DNA of 53,897 bases, the filler included, from Dirinaria sp. TL-2023a (lineage: Eukaryota): the NCBI GenBank assembly GCA_051941275.1. It is 4 parts of 4 records of this genome, joined end to end, with 100 filler letters (N's around TTAATTAATTAA, not from the genome) between each part and the next. Parts side by side here need not be neighbours in the genome. Positions count along the whole stretch, not along the records: positions 1 to 13,421 come from JAVEBF010000690.1; positions 13,522 to 26,935 come from JAVEBF010000691.1; 2 more parts are not named here. One strand, given 5' to 3'. The notes under the pieces were generated by a model. That model ran no database searches and was not told the origin of the DNA. It saw only the letters and a program-made list of their open reading frames with translations. A program made the translations under genes and the position numbers. This document shows, piece by piece, positions 1-14,144 of this stretch. Position 1 is the first letter of the stretch. Each line of letters begins with the position of its first letter.

Positions 1-549
1 AAAAAAAAAAAAAAAAAGGGGGGGGGGGGTTATGATAGACGAAGTTCACGACGAGAAAAGCATGCCATTTGATGATGACTTACAGTATATTATTCTGTAT
101 AATTCCGATTTTTTAGAATACGAAAAATCTATTGTACAAACTATCGAAATTCCAAGTCAAGATGCATTTCGAAAGACAGGGGGCGCTAAGCGCAACATTA
201 AATGCGGACTTGACTTGATCTCTCAGATTTCTTATTAGTCTGATGGTATTCAACATAAAAAAAATGGTGGTGGCTGGCTTGCTGACTTTGGATGATGTTG
301 TAGTGTTTTATATCCAAAGATTGCTATGCGAGGACTCTGCAAATGCCGGGTCTGTATGTACTATGTACAGGGCATGCGTCAACTGAAAATTTCGGGATCA
401 AGTATAGCAGCAGCAAATGGCCTCTCTAGCCACAAAAAACGCTCGCTAATAGGAACAGCTTCTCATGAACGCCCGCGGGAAAATTATGCACGCTTACAAG
501 TTCATACAGGGAAAAAATTAATCTGAAGCAGACGAGAACATTTCATAAC

Positions 550-3500
550 TTATGAAGACCCCAAAATCCGTGCGTAGGCATCCTCAACCTCCTTCGCCAC
601 CTCGAGCAGCGAGACAATGACGATCTGATGCGTCAGGTTAGGCAAACGCTCGCGGTGCAGCCCGATCCATTCCAAAGGCGGGGTGGCGTCGCCCAGCTGC
701 GTCAGCTTCGGGGTGTCGATGACCGGCTCCTGCAGTGCCGTGTACTGGTATTTGGATAACGGCACGTTGACCACGGCGGTGATCTTCTCTTGCTCGCCTC
801 CCTCTTCGGCTTTGCCCCCCTCTCCCTCGGGGCGCGGGCCACCGGTGATTTGTACGGCGGATTGCGGCAGGGGCTTCCCCAGCCGTTGGGCCAGGGCGCG
901 CGAGTGGTTGGCAAACATCCCCCGCAGGAAACTGATGCGGGAGTAGTTCCAGCCAACGTCGATGTTTCCCTGGAAGGATGATGTGAAGGTGTAATCGATC
1001 TGGGTGGACTCGGGAAGCTGCCAGGTCTGCATTGCGGCAACGACTCTGGGCACTTTCAGGATGGTGCCGCCTCGCGATCCTGTTGCACTCGTCACCACGT
1101 CGTCGATGGCCACCTCTCCGACTTTCCTTGGCGCGTTGGGTCTGGTGACACCCGACAATGCAACACGCAGCTGACCGAGCGTCAGGCCGACGTTGCTGCG
1201 GATCTTCTCGTGATCTGGAACCACCGAGAATTGGGCTGAGGCGTTTAGTGCTTCGACCTTGAAGACTTGATTATCAAAGAAGGTGCCTGGGAAAACGCCA
1301 AAGTTGACGGCGCCTAAACGTGCTATGACTTCTGTCTGAAGCCTGATCGGCAATTTAGCGCCATCGGGGTCAGGAGCTATGGCTTTCCCTGGACCCTGCG
1401 AGAGGAATAGGGGAACTACCGCAGACCGGCGGCGCAGAAACCTTTCAATGTCTTTGAGCGACGTTTGATATGCCGCTTGCTTTTCTTGAATGAGACGTTC
1501 CAGCTTGGAACAGTGCGACAGCTTGAGAGGCACTGGTGGCGGTGCAGAAAGCCTGGACCTTGTCGCCCCGGACAATGCACACTAGGCGATCGTTGCTTGC
1601 TTGATCGAGATCTCGAACATTATACATCAAGAAATCGACCGAGGTGATGTTTGCGATCGCGAAAGCTTGATACTCAAAGGCCGCTTTGACACGCAGATGC
1701 TCGAATGCCACGGATGCTTGAACAAGGGGGGTTTGATGGTGCGCCTTTTCGATCATTGGCCATTGTATAGATGTTCGGACTCGGAAGTTTTGCAGCTCGA
1801 TGACGCCGCTCATACGGCCCACGCTGTCCACCCCGATTCCGTCGAAGCCGAGACACAGATTCTGTTCCCAGTCGGATGATTTCTTTGACGAAACCCAGAA
1901 TTTGCTGACTGAAAAGGACGTTCGGCCGAGCGATTGGCCTAGATCTAGCTGGATCTCAAGTTGGGCAACGGAAGCTGTAGCATTCCACGGAAAAGCACCC
2001 GCCGAAGCAACTTGTTGATATCGTTGTACAATGAAGGCTTGGGGCTCGGTGAAAGAGCTCCGAACGTGTGCCGCATGCGAGTGCCGGACCTCGGGTGGTA
2101 TCCATATCTCCCGGAACAGCAGGAAATCCTGGAGCTGCCTTGCATTGATTTGGGCCTTGATAGGGCTTACCTTGAGGATTGCAGAGAGTCCGCCTGCATC
2201 ACTGACGTGCTTGCTGCTCATCAAAGACACAAAAACTGATTCTACCTCCAAACTTCCGGTAGAGTCTCTGGAGTAGGCGTGCTGGACAGAGGCCCGAAGG
2301 TGACTGAAAGCCGCGGAGAGCGTGTAGAACTGCCCGTAGCGGGTAGAGTGCACGGTATTGACAGTCATGTAGATATTCTCGAATCGAGCCACCGCGGCGA
2401 CCCTGGCAATAGGCTGGCATGTAAGGCTGAATTCTTGCTTGCAGATCCGAAGACCAAGGTTGACCCGGCAGCTCCCGAAGATCGCACTCGGATCAGCGGA
2501 GCGTAGACGCTCATCATCAATGAATTTGGAGGCTGCAGGTTTGGCTTTGACTTCCTGTCGTGGACTGTCGGAGTCGCTGACCATCTCTTTGACGCTGGAA
2601 GAGATCTCCATAACAAGGGGCACGACCGCGGGATGGAGCTCGTTTGAAGAAGCATCAACTTTGACCTCCGCCTTCAGTGACTTTTCACTCGCATCCTGGT
2701 ATTCTATCTTAAAAGCCAAGCCCGGCGCTCGCAATGTCGTATTGCTGGTTGTGTTCTCCGGCGTGAATTGATTGTATCGGCCGTGCATCCTTACTCCTGG
2801 TGGTACATTAGAAGCCGGAAGCTGCGTCTCTTCGACGCTCCGGCCTTGTATGTAGACTTCAGCACCTGCAAAGTCTGCGTCGACCAGGATTGAGGCGAAC
2901 TTCTTGTCACCTAACAAATTCTTCCTTTCGGTGCCCCTCTCCACTGCAGAGGCATTCCAATTCGCAGTGGCGCCTCGAACTTCCTGCACGGCAAAAGCGA
3001 TAGATCGTCTCAGGTCACTGGCAGGCAGTATGAATTTCGACGACAAGCGAAGGTCCAACGACTTGCCTGCAGCCTGAAAGGCAAGTCGACGGTCCTGTGC
3101 TGTGGAGAGATAGGCAACATTGAAGACGACTTCTGGAAGCAATGCAGAGTTCAATGAGCGACCAAAGGCCGCTTTGGAAGTGGGAACCATCTCGAGCTGG
3201 AAATTCTCTATGAGCAGACGAGCTGCATTTTCTCGCTTGGTGGATAGCTCAATCTTAGTGAAAGACAGTATCAAGTCCTCCGCTTCACGCCCAGGCGAGA
3301 TCGGTGTGGAGCGGCCTATTTTCCAAGTCAATTGGATGTTCGTCATCTCCAGAGAATACATCGCGCCGAACAAAACAGTTGTAGCAGGATCTTCTGGGCT
3401 AGCCTTCACGGCTTCAGGTATTGTGACCGTACTGCGATATCTCGAGCGTCCAAGTGCCCTTATTTTGCCGAGCTCCGGTGACAGGTCGATCGTCTTCAGG

Positions 3501-6500
3501 GTATCCTGCAAGTGACCTAGAATGTCTATTATCATCGTCGGGGTTTCGGCATTGACGTTGACCTCAAACTTCGTGACTGAGGCTTGGTAAGCACGTATCA
3601 GCTTACCCTTTTCAGTGTCAAGTCTTGAGGTTTGTCTTAAAACAGCAGCTATTGCCATGTCGCCGTTTGGATGTTCTTCAGAATTGTCGATGCGCAAAAG
3701 AGAGCCACGGATGCTTTTGAGCCGGAGTTCGGTTTCAGCAAATTCGAGAATCGGCCCTGAGTCAGACTCTCTGTTGGTGGTTTTTATTTGCAAGCTTCCG
3801 AGATTGAAATGTAGTTGGCCCGCACGGGTAGCTGCAGAGGACGTTGGACTGATGGCAGATATACCAAAACCAGCAATAATCAATTGTGCATCGTAGAGTA
3901 ACGTCGAGTCATTAGTGCTTGGCTGTTTTGGTGGAGCTTTTGAGTTTGGGAAGACTTCCTCGACATGGCTGCGTAATGATACCAGTTCCCGTTGGACATT
4001 GGCAATGAGGTTGGAGATCTCTGGACGACTTGCAACGACTAGCAAGGCATGGACAGCAGACGCGTTTACCAGTATGTTTTCGACCATAGTTTGAATTACT
4101 ACAGACTGTCGTTCGGGATCGAGGTTCAGATCAAGACAGCCGTTGATTGGGGGCAACTCCATACACGCAACTTCCTCGGTCACCTCTCTGTTAACAGTTG
4201 CAAGGCTATGGCTGTGTCCCTTTAGATCGAAGTCAATGCGAGTTTCTGAGCGGTAACGTAATCCATGCCGCACAGTGCTTCGGGCGGCCCTTCCCCTCAC
4301 CCGATAGCTCAAAGTGGGCAAAGCGGCCACACTGATCAAATACGAATCCACGAAGAGCGTGACATGGGCGCTCTGGCTGCTTGGATTGCTCTTGCTGGAT
4401 TTATCCTCCGACTTTTGCTTCGTTGTCAAGGCAAATGTATTGACAATATCAGATACCTCGTTCCGCACACAGACATCGATGACTTCCATCAGATATATCG
4501 GATCTTCTAATGACTTGACTACAATCTCGTTGCAGCATGCTGCTACACTCCAAGTGCCGGCATGGTTTGGCGATCCTATTTGACGATCAAGGGATGCAAA
4601 AATACTTGGACCTCGAAATCTAGACACAACTAAATTGCGTGAATGATCTTGAGTTTCTGATGTCGCGACGTTGGCGCTGAGAAGCAGATTGACTGCCAGA
4701 CCGGGTTCAGCAGCTGATACCAGCACGGAGAGGCCAAGACCTTCGCAGAGGGATGTATTGACCAGGTTGGGGCTGTCGATCTTCAAAATACAGGTCTGAA
4801 ATGATACTACGACATGTAACTTATGCTGAACCGGTTCTGACGCGGTTCGAATCTCGACATCCTTGGCATCCGAAGGCATCATGGCCATGGCGTCTGCAAA
4901 AATTCCACATAAGGCCCAGTTTAGATATGCAGCCACTTTCGTACAATGAATTTGCACCTTGGAGGTTGCTGAGTGATCGCGGTTTCGACTGATTTTGGCA
5001 TTTGTAGGTAGCATGTGCTCAACCATTACGGCAAGCCTTTCCACTGCGAATTCATTCTGGTGGGGTCTGGTGTCCACAACGATCCTGAGACTACCTACTC
5101 GTAGAGACGCTTGAAGCGCTTGCGACGGCTGTGTAATAGATGCTTGAGGAGAGATATGATTCCCAAATATCCTTCGCATTAGAATGCTTTCCTTGACTTT
5201 GGTCACGTCAAATGCTTGCCAACGCTCGAAATTCTCAATGACCCGAGCTGTAGCGTCTGCAGGACATTTGGGGTTGTGGAAAAGGCGCTCCATTAGTTGG
5301 TTTCGTACTTCCACGCGTAGAGATTGATAAATCTGGCGAAGCCTTGAAAGCATCTTCCAGGAATCACTCGTTCTCAAATGGGTTCTGGTGCTACGTAGAA
5401 CGTAGGAGGGCCTTGTCAAGAAAGGAGGGTCTACTGTGCTATCACCAATAGATACTAGAGAGTGCACGAAGTATCTCAAGCGAGCTTCCGTCTCTTTCGC
5501 ATGTTGCACGATATCATCTGCAATCTTTTTGGCTTTTTTATATTCCTCCAGTCCAAGTTCAGCAGTGCGCTCAATGTCAGTCGGTTTAGCAACAACTTCG
5601 AAATCCCGAAGCTGAACATCTATCACAGCTCTTCCACTATTAGCCAACCAGACGACTGGTTCAAAAATATTGCACCGAACAGCGGCGGTATTACTGGAAG
5701 GATGTTCTGCTAAGTCGATCATTGAGCAGCTGACGGTATCAAGCGCTACATGAAACATATTTGAATTGTTTCTAGAGCCACGGGCAGATCCGTGGTGTCC
5801 TTCGGACGACCGGGTTGTCGTGTTGAGTCCATCTAAGCGGATTTCTAGACAGCGGCGGTCCTGGCTCGCGGCTAGCTGAGGGGTTGGAGCAAGCATGAAC
5901 CGTGCCTGAGCAACAGGCACGCGGAGATTTAGATCGACCATCTTTCCTTGGTGAAGATTGTTCTTTAATGATGGCAAAACTTTCGTTATCGTATCCACGT
6001 GAGCTGAGTCTAGTAGAGCGAGGGGATCATCAGGTTGCAGTCCGTTCACGAGAGATTGCACATGAGTGACCGCAGAAGGGGTACATAACGCTCGGAGGCC
6101 TTGGGTCATTTGGACAATGAAACTGGTGCTTTCATCACAGCCATTTTCGAGTCCTTGATCAAAAGGATCTTCCAATTGCTCTCTAGGCTCATCGTACCAA
6201 GCCCTTGTGTCCCGTTGCGGCTGCTCAGGAAGTAGTGGAACGTCTTCGAGGTCTATTACAGTACCACAAAGAGGGAAATGGGGCGGCTTGTAGGGACTTG
6301 AAAAGGTCAATCCCGATTGCGCTAAACTGCCACGTGATGTCCCGGTCTCTGTGTCCAGAGGCAACCCAGCTCTCTGTCCTACATCCTCTCTGAAGTGTCG
6401 CAATGAGCTCCTATGCGCTTCAAGCGGATCGGAGTGAAGGTTGGCTGCCCCATCTTCTTTCGAAAATCTGTGCGTCAGGAAAGATTGTTTACGACTTAAC

Positions 6501-9500
6501 TCGGGGTATGAGCTAGTAGAGCTTGAGCTGCTTGACATTGAGGAAGCACTTGTATTTAGGCAGGGTTCCGGCATTGGTGGAAACTGCATAGCAGGTGGTC
6601 GAATTTTCAGGTTTGCTGATACACTCGGGTCTAGATTTGGATCAAGGATGAGCCACGGAGTCCGATGCGTCCGGGAATCGTTTATTTTCAGGTGATTCTG
6701 CTGCAATTGAAGCTCATTGCCGAAATTTGATTTTCGCTTCAGCATCCGTAGGTCGATAGTAGCTCCGATGTAAGCGTAGACAGTACGCAGACCTTTTGAA
6801 TCTTTCGGTACCTCCTGAACTTCTACATCCGCAACGGTTAACTCAGAGACGTGAAATTTCAACCGGTCAGAGAACCGTGCTCTAGCCCAATCATTATATT
6901 CGAGCGTGATACCCTTAGTTCTCAAAAGCAAGGCTGTCTTTTCAAGCTTTAGCCATAGCTCTATTGGCTTCACATTCATGCGTAGAAATGTGACGTCGTG
7001 TATCACTGGCGGATTCAAAGGCGGTAAGGCATTCTCATCATCGTCGAATGAAAACAAGAAACAGCGAAGGCCCAGAAGGAGGCTGCGGAGGAATCCGACT
7101 GAGCATTGGCCTGTGATAGATCCAATATCGAAATCCCAATTGCATACGTAAGTAGGTTCCGTAGGCGGCAGACCAAATAGACGATGACCAAAGAGCTCCA
7201 GACCGTCAAGGAAAATCTGAGTACCTGAATCATGTTGGGATGACGGCGAGTCCCAGACTGGTGAGCCCGCTCGAGCAATCGAGATTGGACTGAACGATAC
7301 CGAAAGATCCATGTAATAGTTAGTAAAGCGAAGATCAGCCACAACCGTTGATACTTCTAAGCCAATACACTCTTTAGTCGAGTAGAGGCGAGCAGGCAGC
7401 ATCGCAACGGACTGCTCGGCGACAACTTTTAGTATGACATCAAGGTCATTGCTGACCTTGGCGTGATGTCCATGATCCATTGCATCAGGAGTCAAATTGT
7501 TATCTTTCAATTGACCCTGGTACTCCTCCAATGTTTTAAAGTGCATATCCTCCCCAAAGTAATTGTCTTTGATGTTCATCAAGTACCGTATTAAGAAGCC
7601 GTATAAATGGATGGCTGGGGAGTCCCCGTACAGCTCCATACGCAGGACGTCCGTGAGAGAAGGAGATGTGGTGGAATGGTAGCTGTAAGACCCATTAATT
7701 GTCAACCGCTTCAACGATGCGACTTTATTATCATCCAGGAAAGCATGCTGCGTATTCCAGGGTGGTGTGCATAGCTCCAATTTCCCATCCCGAGCTGCAG
7801 CTTCGAAAGCGATCTCGTTACGAGACGGACGATAGTGTTGCAGAGGGATGTTGACGTCAGCAGAAAGAGTCTTGCCCCAGATAACAACGAAAGTATTATC
7901 GTCGATATCGGAAGGATTGTTGATAATGTTGGAGTCATTCGCATTGACAAAGAGTTTGAAATCTTGGAGCTGAAGGTTGATGGAATAATTGAAAGGCACA
8001 AAGGTGTAATAGTCTCCAGCTGGTCCAGAAGCCCAATCATTGACAACATCCGTGAGCAAGAAGATGTGGTCACGCAAAAGAAACACATCAAGGCCATTGC
8101 CACGCACATCGACAGTCCACCGTCGCAAAGAATTCCAAGCCAAAGGGTTTGACAGATCGCAGGAAATCACTTGAGCTTTTGATTTCCAGAGCAATTCATG
8201 GTTAACGCTAGAAAGCATCTCGGGCTCCCGAAGATCGAGAACTAGATTGTTACGATATCCGGAGGAGCCGGCTACTAGGTCCATACTAAAATTGACCGTA
8301 GAATCGCGTGCTACTTTGAAGTCGAGCCAGCCGTAAGGGCGGGCCTCTGGATTTGGGTTATCCTTAACACCCTTCTTACGTTTTGCACGGTGCTTTCTGC
8401 CTTTGCGTTGCGTATCTGGTCCCTGTTTAGTAGTAGCACGACCTTTCCACTTCCAATCTTTTGACTCTTCTCTCGTATGTATCACGAACGTAGTTCGCTC
8501 CTCAACCTCGATCAGGAGCTTGAACAACGTGCTAATCCTGGACTCACCGAGCTTTAGAGCTACCGCTGGAGTGGCATCTTTGTATAGCGCAGGGAAGAAC
8601 GCATTTTGCAGATCGATTCGTTGTCTGTCCGCCCACGGTCCATAGTGGATTTCCCCGCCGCGAATCCGCAAATCGATGCTCCAATCCGGGGGCTCGGCTC
8701 CATTGACGTCCACAGCAGTATCTTGCAAACTACTATCGAGCTGGCATTCTTGTGTCACCATCCCAGGAACATCCCAACGAACGGTAACGCCAACGCTTGG
8801 AGAGTCAAGAATTGTAGGAAAACGACCGTATTCCACGCTTTTCCAACGCTCTTGTTCTAGAAGGTCATCTTCATCATCCATGTAACGTGTCAGTCCAAGC
8901 CAACGACTCTCTCCGGGTAAACCTTCTTTCTGGCCCAAACCATGAGCGGTTGATCTACGCCCAGGCGCTAAGGAAACCGTCGACTGGCGAACGTGTGGTA
9001 GAACACTGCGTAAGGCATTCCACATTGTTTCCTTCTTCTGCTGAGCTTTTCCCGCCGCATCTGACGAAGAACCAGTTCGATCATCTGGGGATGTACGGGC
9101 GCCTGCACTTATTTGACTCTCTCTGAAGTCTTTGTTAGCCTTCATTAGCACGATCGGAAGAGTGAATTCAAAATCGATAGTCTGTTTATACAAATCTCGG
9201 GGTGAAGTATGGAGGGCATCAACCTCCCCATTTGCGCTCTCAAATTTTGCTACAAGCACGGAACGTGTGTGATGATTTCCCAAGACAATGGCACCTTTAG
9301 TACACTCTAGCTTGATGGGCAGAGCTTGAAGGGCGGCTGGAAGTGACGTGAAAGCGGTACTGCTGGATGAGCTGGTGGAAGCGCTGGGCCTTGAGCTGGA
9401 AGTTGCCCTGGAACGGCTTGCCGTCGCGTCATAACCGACAGCTTTGGCCGCCTGCTCATCCTGCTGGCCACTAACACTGGACACGGATCCCAAGTCAGTT

Positions 9501-10150
9501 AGGGGATGAGCCTTTTCATGAAGAACCTCATGTCTACCGCTGTCCCTGTCAAGCTTATTCCGTCGCCGCACGTTGCTGCTCGTTATTGTTTCACCGGACT
9601 TTTCAGCATTGAAGATGCTCTCCGCGATAGTGTCATAAGCTGGGCTGCGGTTGTAGATATACCATTCCAAACCACGAATCTTCACGGTTATCCGGCATGG
9701 CAAATTAGCCCTGCTTCTCTTGCCACCGCTTTCTCCATCCTTCACTCCTCTACCGTCACCGGTTTGGGTTGCGCCCTCGTGTGATGATGAGAGCTCTTGA
9801 TCCTGCTTCGAAATGACGCCGGCCGTCTTTACCCGACGGAGCCAGTATCTCCACGTAATGTATCCATCGTGGACCAGGATGGTTTCGTTGCGACCATGGT
9901 AGCGGAAGCCTTTGAAGAAGACGCGGCCAGCTAACGGGGAGAATTGAAGGGCCTCGAAGTCGATGTACACGCGATACCTATACCAGGTAAACCTTCGAAT
10001 GGCATACGAGATAATGCTCGCGAATACTCGGTTGAAGTAGAAGAGGAAGAAGACTGCGACGATGATTGCGACTACCAAATCAACTGGGTAGACCCAATTG
10101 AAGCGACTGTCAGGTAGGAACCTTCGTGGGAAGAGAGCACGCTCCGCCAT
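550..10150 (-). CDS. CSF1: Csf1 / BLTP1 (Tweek, KIAA1109)-family bridge-like lipid transfer protein, ~3200 aa, with one frame break at ~1504
   Basis: First ATG at 10150 (MAERALFPRR); N-terminal TM followed by FYFNRVFA..LQFSPLAGRVFFKGFRYHGRNETILVHDGYITWRYW; YGPWADRQR motif; C-terminal PVIDTPKLTQLGDATPPLEWIGLHRERLPNLTHQ lies in ORF 550..1575. The two ORFs join at LFQ/LERLIQEK with no intron visible. Confidence 0.93.
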
Positions 10151-10793
10151 AGCCCCTCTTGCGGCCAACTGATTTTCAAGTCCATGGCTCTTGTTCACCG
10201 CATCGAAGCAAGCTCATATATTCACCAACTTCTCTTTAGCCAGTGACGCAGCGGTTGTTGTGATGGCGACTTGGCGCTAGCAATATTTCTTGGCGATGGC
10301 ATAAAGGCGTATTAGGAGAAGTCGGAGCTACATCGACCGTAGGATGTTTAAAGGTTGTAGTCAGATACAGTACTATCTTTAATCTTACATGTAGGTTGAC
10401 TAGAGACTCTGAACACGGACGCGATGGACCTCGGACCGAGGGACCGGCCCAGATCAGGGAAGCGTGCTTACGTTATGGCTAGCTCAACACGGCTTAGCGA
10501 GATATCGGGATCTCCAATGCACCTTCGCCGATGCCAAGCATGTGACGAATGTTTGGACACCTGAATCGATTGGGAAGACTTTAGACTGCGGGACTGCAGT
10601 CTTGCTTCTCGCTCTACAATTTCCATGTCCTGTTCCTGAGTCCCATCGAGTCGATGAGACGACGACATTGAAGACCTGCTTTACAGAGAAGCCCGAATGT
10701 CCTGCAACAGCGTCTCGCCCTGTGGACAGCAGTCCACGCGTTCTTGTGTCTCAGCAGGCAGCTAAGAATTCAAGTACGGCTTTCGTCGTCACC

Positions 10794-12926
10794 ATGGGGG
10801 GCGACAATAGCCATAGAGGCACAGGCAACAAGCTCACAGAAGCTACCGTGATTGTGTGCGGAGTAGCTTCGCTCGTTGCTTCGCTCTTGTCGTTCCTGTA
10901 CGCTCATCCACCCAGTCCTTGTAACACCAGGAATATTAGCTAATAGGTACTCGTACATATAGCTCGATATGGCTACAAAGGTGAGCACCGACCTACGGCC
11001 TTTGAGACCCTTGATTGACCTAGTCACAGCAAGAACTACCGGAAGCCCCTCCTGCAACGCTATGTGATCCGAATCCTCCTCATGGTTCCCATCTACTCCG
11101 CCTCGTCCTGGGCCAGCATCATGTCACAGACAGCGGCCTTTTACTTGGACCCCTTGCGAGATATCTATGAGGCAAGCATGCCATTCCGCAAGCGTTTGCA
11201 ATTTGCGTAGAGCTGTACTGACGGCGGATCAGGCGTTTACGATCTACACCTTCTTCCAGCTCTTGATCAACTTTCTGGGCGGAGAGCGATCGCTCATCAT
11301 CATGATGCATGGTCGACCCCCGGTGAACCATCCCTGGCCACTGAATTACTGCTTTCCAAAAGTGGACATATCCGACCCTCATACATTTCTGACCGTCAAG
11401 CGAGGCATCCTCCAATACGCTTGGCTCAAGCCCGTACTGGGTATAGCTACGATCGTTATGAAAGCAACGAACACATACCAAGAAGAATACCTCAGCCTGA
11501 CATCTGGATATCTATGGAGTGGCATATTCTACAACATCAGTGTCACGTTGAGTCTCTACTCGCTCGCCATGTTCTGGGTGTGCATGTCGGAAGACCTGAA
11601 ACCATTCCGGCCTGTGCCCAAGTTCCTCTGCATCAAACTGATCATTTTCGCTACTTATTGGCAAGGGATTTTCCTATCGATACTGCAAGCGGCTGGAGCT
11701 ATACCGAATGACGTTCCCGGCTATACCCCCGACAACCTCGCAGCGGCCATTCAGGACGCTCTGATATGTTGCGAGATGCCTATCTTCGCAGTTGCCCATT
11801 GGTACGCGTTCTCATGGCAGGATTATGCAGACGTGACGATCTCCGCCGCGCGAATGCCGGTCAAGTTCGCTCTGAGGGATGCATTTGGCCCACGGGACCT
11901 GATCGAAGACACCAAAGAGACCTTCCGGGGCGAGCACTACGAATACCGGTTCTTCGATACCGGTGATAACGTTCTGGCACACGAAGAGTCCGAGAGCCGC
12001 ACCGCACGTATGATGCAAGGCATGAGATACGAAAGAGGAGGCAAAGGTAAGTACTGGATTCCGCGGCCCAGTGAGATCAACAGCAGGACGCCGCTCCTTG
12101 CAGAGCAGTCCCGGGCCGGGATTAGCGCTGCGAGCACGTTTTACTCCAAAACCGGAAGGCCAGAAGACGATGACCGGAGCCCGAGCGTCCAGGAAGCGAA
12201 GCTCGATGCGGAAGACGAACGTTTGTTCGCAAGCGCTCGAGTGCTTGAATTCGGTGACTGGAATGTATGGCAACAACCAGCATTGTGTTGTTCGACGAGC
12301 TGACTCCATTGTCGTAGTACCCCGTGATCACCGCCCATGTGCCATCGGCCGAGCAATGGTTCGGCTCCGACCCCGACCTCATCACCACCTCTACAAACCG
12401 CAACCTCCTCCAACCGACGAGGAAGAACAAAGCCCGGCGGCAAAGCCATCTGCAAAAAGACATCGACAAAGCTAAGCATCGGACCAGCTCGTCGAGCAAA
12501 CGCTCGACACGAGCGCCCGTGGTCAACGGACTGTTGCGCGAGGATTCAAACTCCTCCTCCGGCTCCGCCAAATCCGGCCGAAGCCAGCTCGTCGACCTCG
12601 TGGTCGAAGACCGGGAAGCGGAAGAGACGGAGCGGGTCCGCGCTCGGAAAGAGGGCGGCGCGCGGTGGAACGAGGACGAGCAGAAGCATTTCGTGCGCAC
12701 GTACGATGATGCCGACGAGGGCCAGGATATCCGGCACGGCTTCGAGCCGTCGAAGATCCCTCCTGCGCCTCTGAAAGCCGATGAAGAATCGAATTTCGCG
12801 ATCGATGACGAGGAAGAGGAGGAGGAGGAGGCGCGAAGCAAGAGCAGCAGCTCGAACGCGAAAGGGAAAAAAAGCATGCGATACGGCGATCATTGGGATG
12901 ATCGCAACGTCTGGAATGACGCTTGA
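10794..12926 (+). CDS. HFL1: TMEM184/OSTalpha (DUF300) family membrane protein, Hfl1-like
   Basis: Exons 10794-10897, 10963-10980 (18-nt microexon), 11030-11171, 11233-12264, 12318-12926. Spliced product gives SIWLQSKNYRKPLLQRYVIRILLMVPIY, RDIYEAFTIY, PFRPVPKFLCIKLIIFATYWQ, LICCEMP, EFGDWNYPV. Intron 11172-11232 is GC-AG. Confidence 0.88.
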
Positions 12927-13421
12927 AAAAAAATTTCACTTACCTTATATCCACGGGTTTCCACCTAAGGAGCGTAAGGTAGACTTCCTTTTCTCAAAAA
13001 AGCATAGCGCGGCGTTTCATTATGTTTTTGAAGCGTGTTTTTTTTTTTTTTTTTTCAACCCCTAGCAGATGAGGAGGATCTGTGGTCGCGCAAGAGTCTG
13101 AGAGATACCCTTCCTTCAATTTCCATCATATCTTCCAGTATCTGCAAATCAATTCCTGTTCAATCCATCACGATCATATTCCATATTTCAACCCCCCCTC
13201 CCCCCTTCTTTCCAGAACAACGATCCATCGGTTCACGTATACCTCGCATGATCATAGATCTCTATTGCACTTCCTTATGGATGGATGTATAATATTGTCC
13301 GAAAATCCATTGCTTCCATTCCAGTTCGTATTTATATGTACAGAGAGAGACTCAATTCCTCCCACTCTCAACCGACCAAAACCGCCTTGCCAGCGCCTCT
13401 CTTCTCCGCTCCCTCCTCCAC

Positions 13422-13521
13422 NNNNNNNNNNNNNNNNNNNNNNNNNNNNNNNNNNNNNNNNNNNNTTAATTAATTAANNNNNNNNNNNNNNNNNNNNNNN
13501 NNNNNNNNNNNNNNNNNNNNN
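13422..13521. other. Artificial contig linker (N44-TTAATTAATTAA-N44)
   Basis: 100-nt spacer with a palindromic 12-mer giving stop codons in all six frames; identical to the other two spacers. Confidence 0.98.
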
Positions 13522-14144
13522 AAGCTATGTTGTCACTGGATTCCTTCCACATAAAATACAATAATAAAGTAAACCTTCTCTAGCTGACGCGCAAGCAAAA
13601 AGAAATATGAAATTGACGAATTCTGCACCATATCTTTTTTGTTTTTCAACGCATTCAGCAGAGCTGCTGCAAGCACCTACACCCTCCTCATTTTAGAATG
13701 GTGGAGAATTTACGAGCTAGCTGACTAATATCGCCGACAACAATTGCGTTTTGAAGGAAGTTTGGATCAAGGTTAGAGTGGAATGTATGATGGGAAAGTG
13801 TAAGGGGCTGTGCAATGGGTTGAAGACCCTCGATGGAATCATGGTGGGTGTGTGCTATTGTGGTAGAAGTATTGGGAAAGTGAGGGTAAAGGCATTGTTT
13901 GGAGCATGTTTGCGGAATTTGGGTAGGTGATGCGAAGGAAAGATTGGAATAGGAGAGAAGAGGAAGGAATCTCTTCAGAGAAGGAGCAGTCATTGTAATA
14001 TTAGTAGTTGCATGAGGGATGCAGATGCGGCAATGAAGAGCTCTCTGCTTTGGTGGTGATTTCGTCCATCGAACAAGTTTATATGGAATATTTCGATGCA
14101 AGCCTAGTCTTTTTCCCTATGTCCACAAGCTTATCGTCTTCTTC

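Noticed and set aside
32..526. Short ORFs at the window start
   Set aside because: AT-rich region downstream of CSF1 next to poly-A/poly-G; no coding evidence.
1500..1560. Intron explaining the CSF1 frame change
   Set aside because: Only a weak GTCCAG donor, no branch site, and splicing would delete conserved-looking coding sequence.
13466..13477. Periodic TTAATTAATTAA every ~13.5 kb as a biological repeat
   Set aside because: Embedded in N-runs; a synthetic six-frame-stop linker.
13688..14101. 137-aa minus-strand ORF, and the 94-aa ORF at 16122-16406
   Set aside because: No recognisable motifs or splice structure; cannot support as genes or transposon relics.
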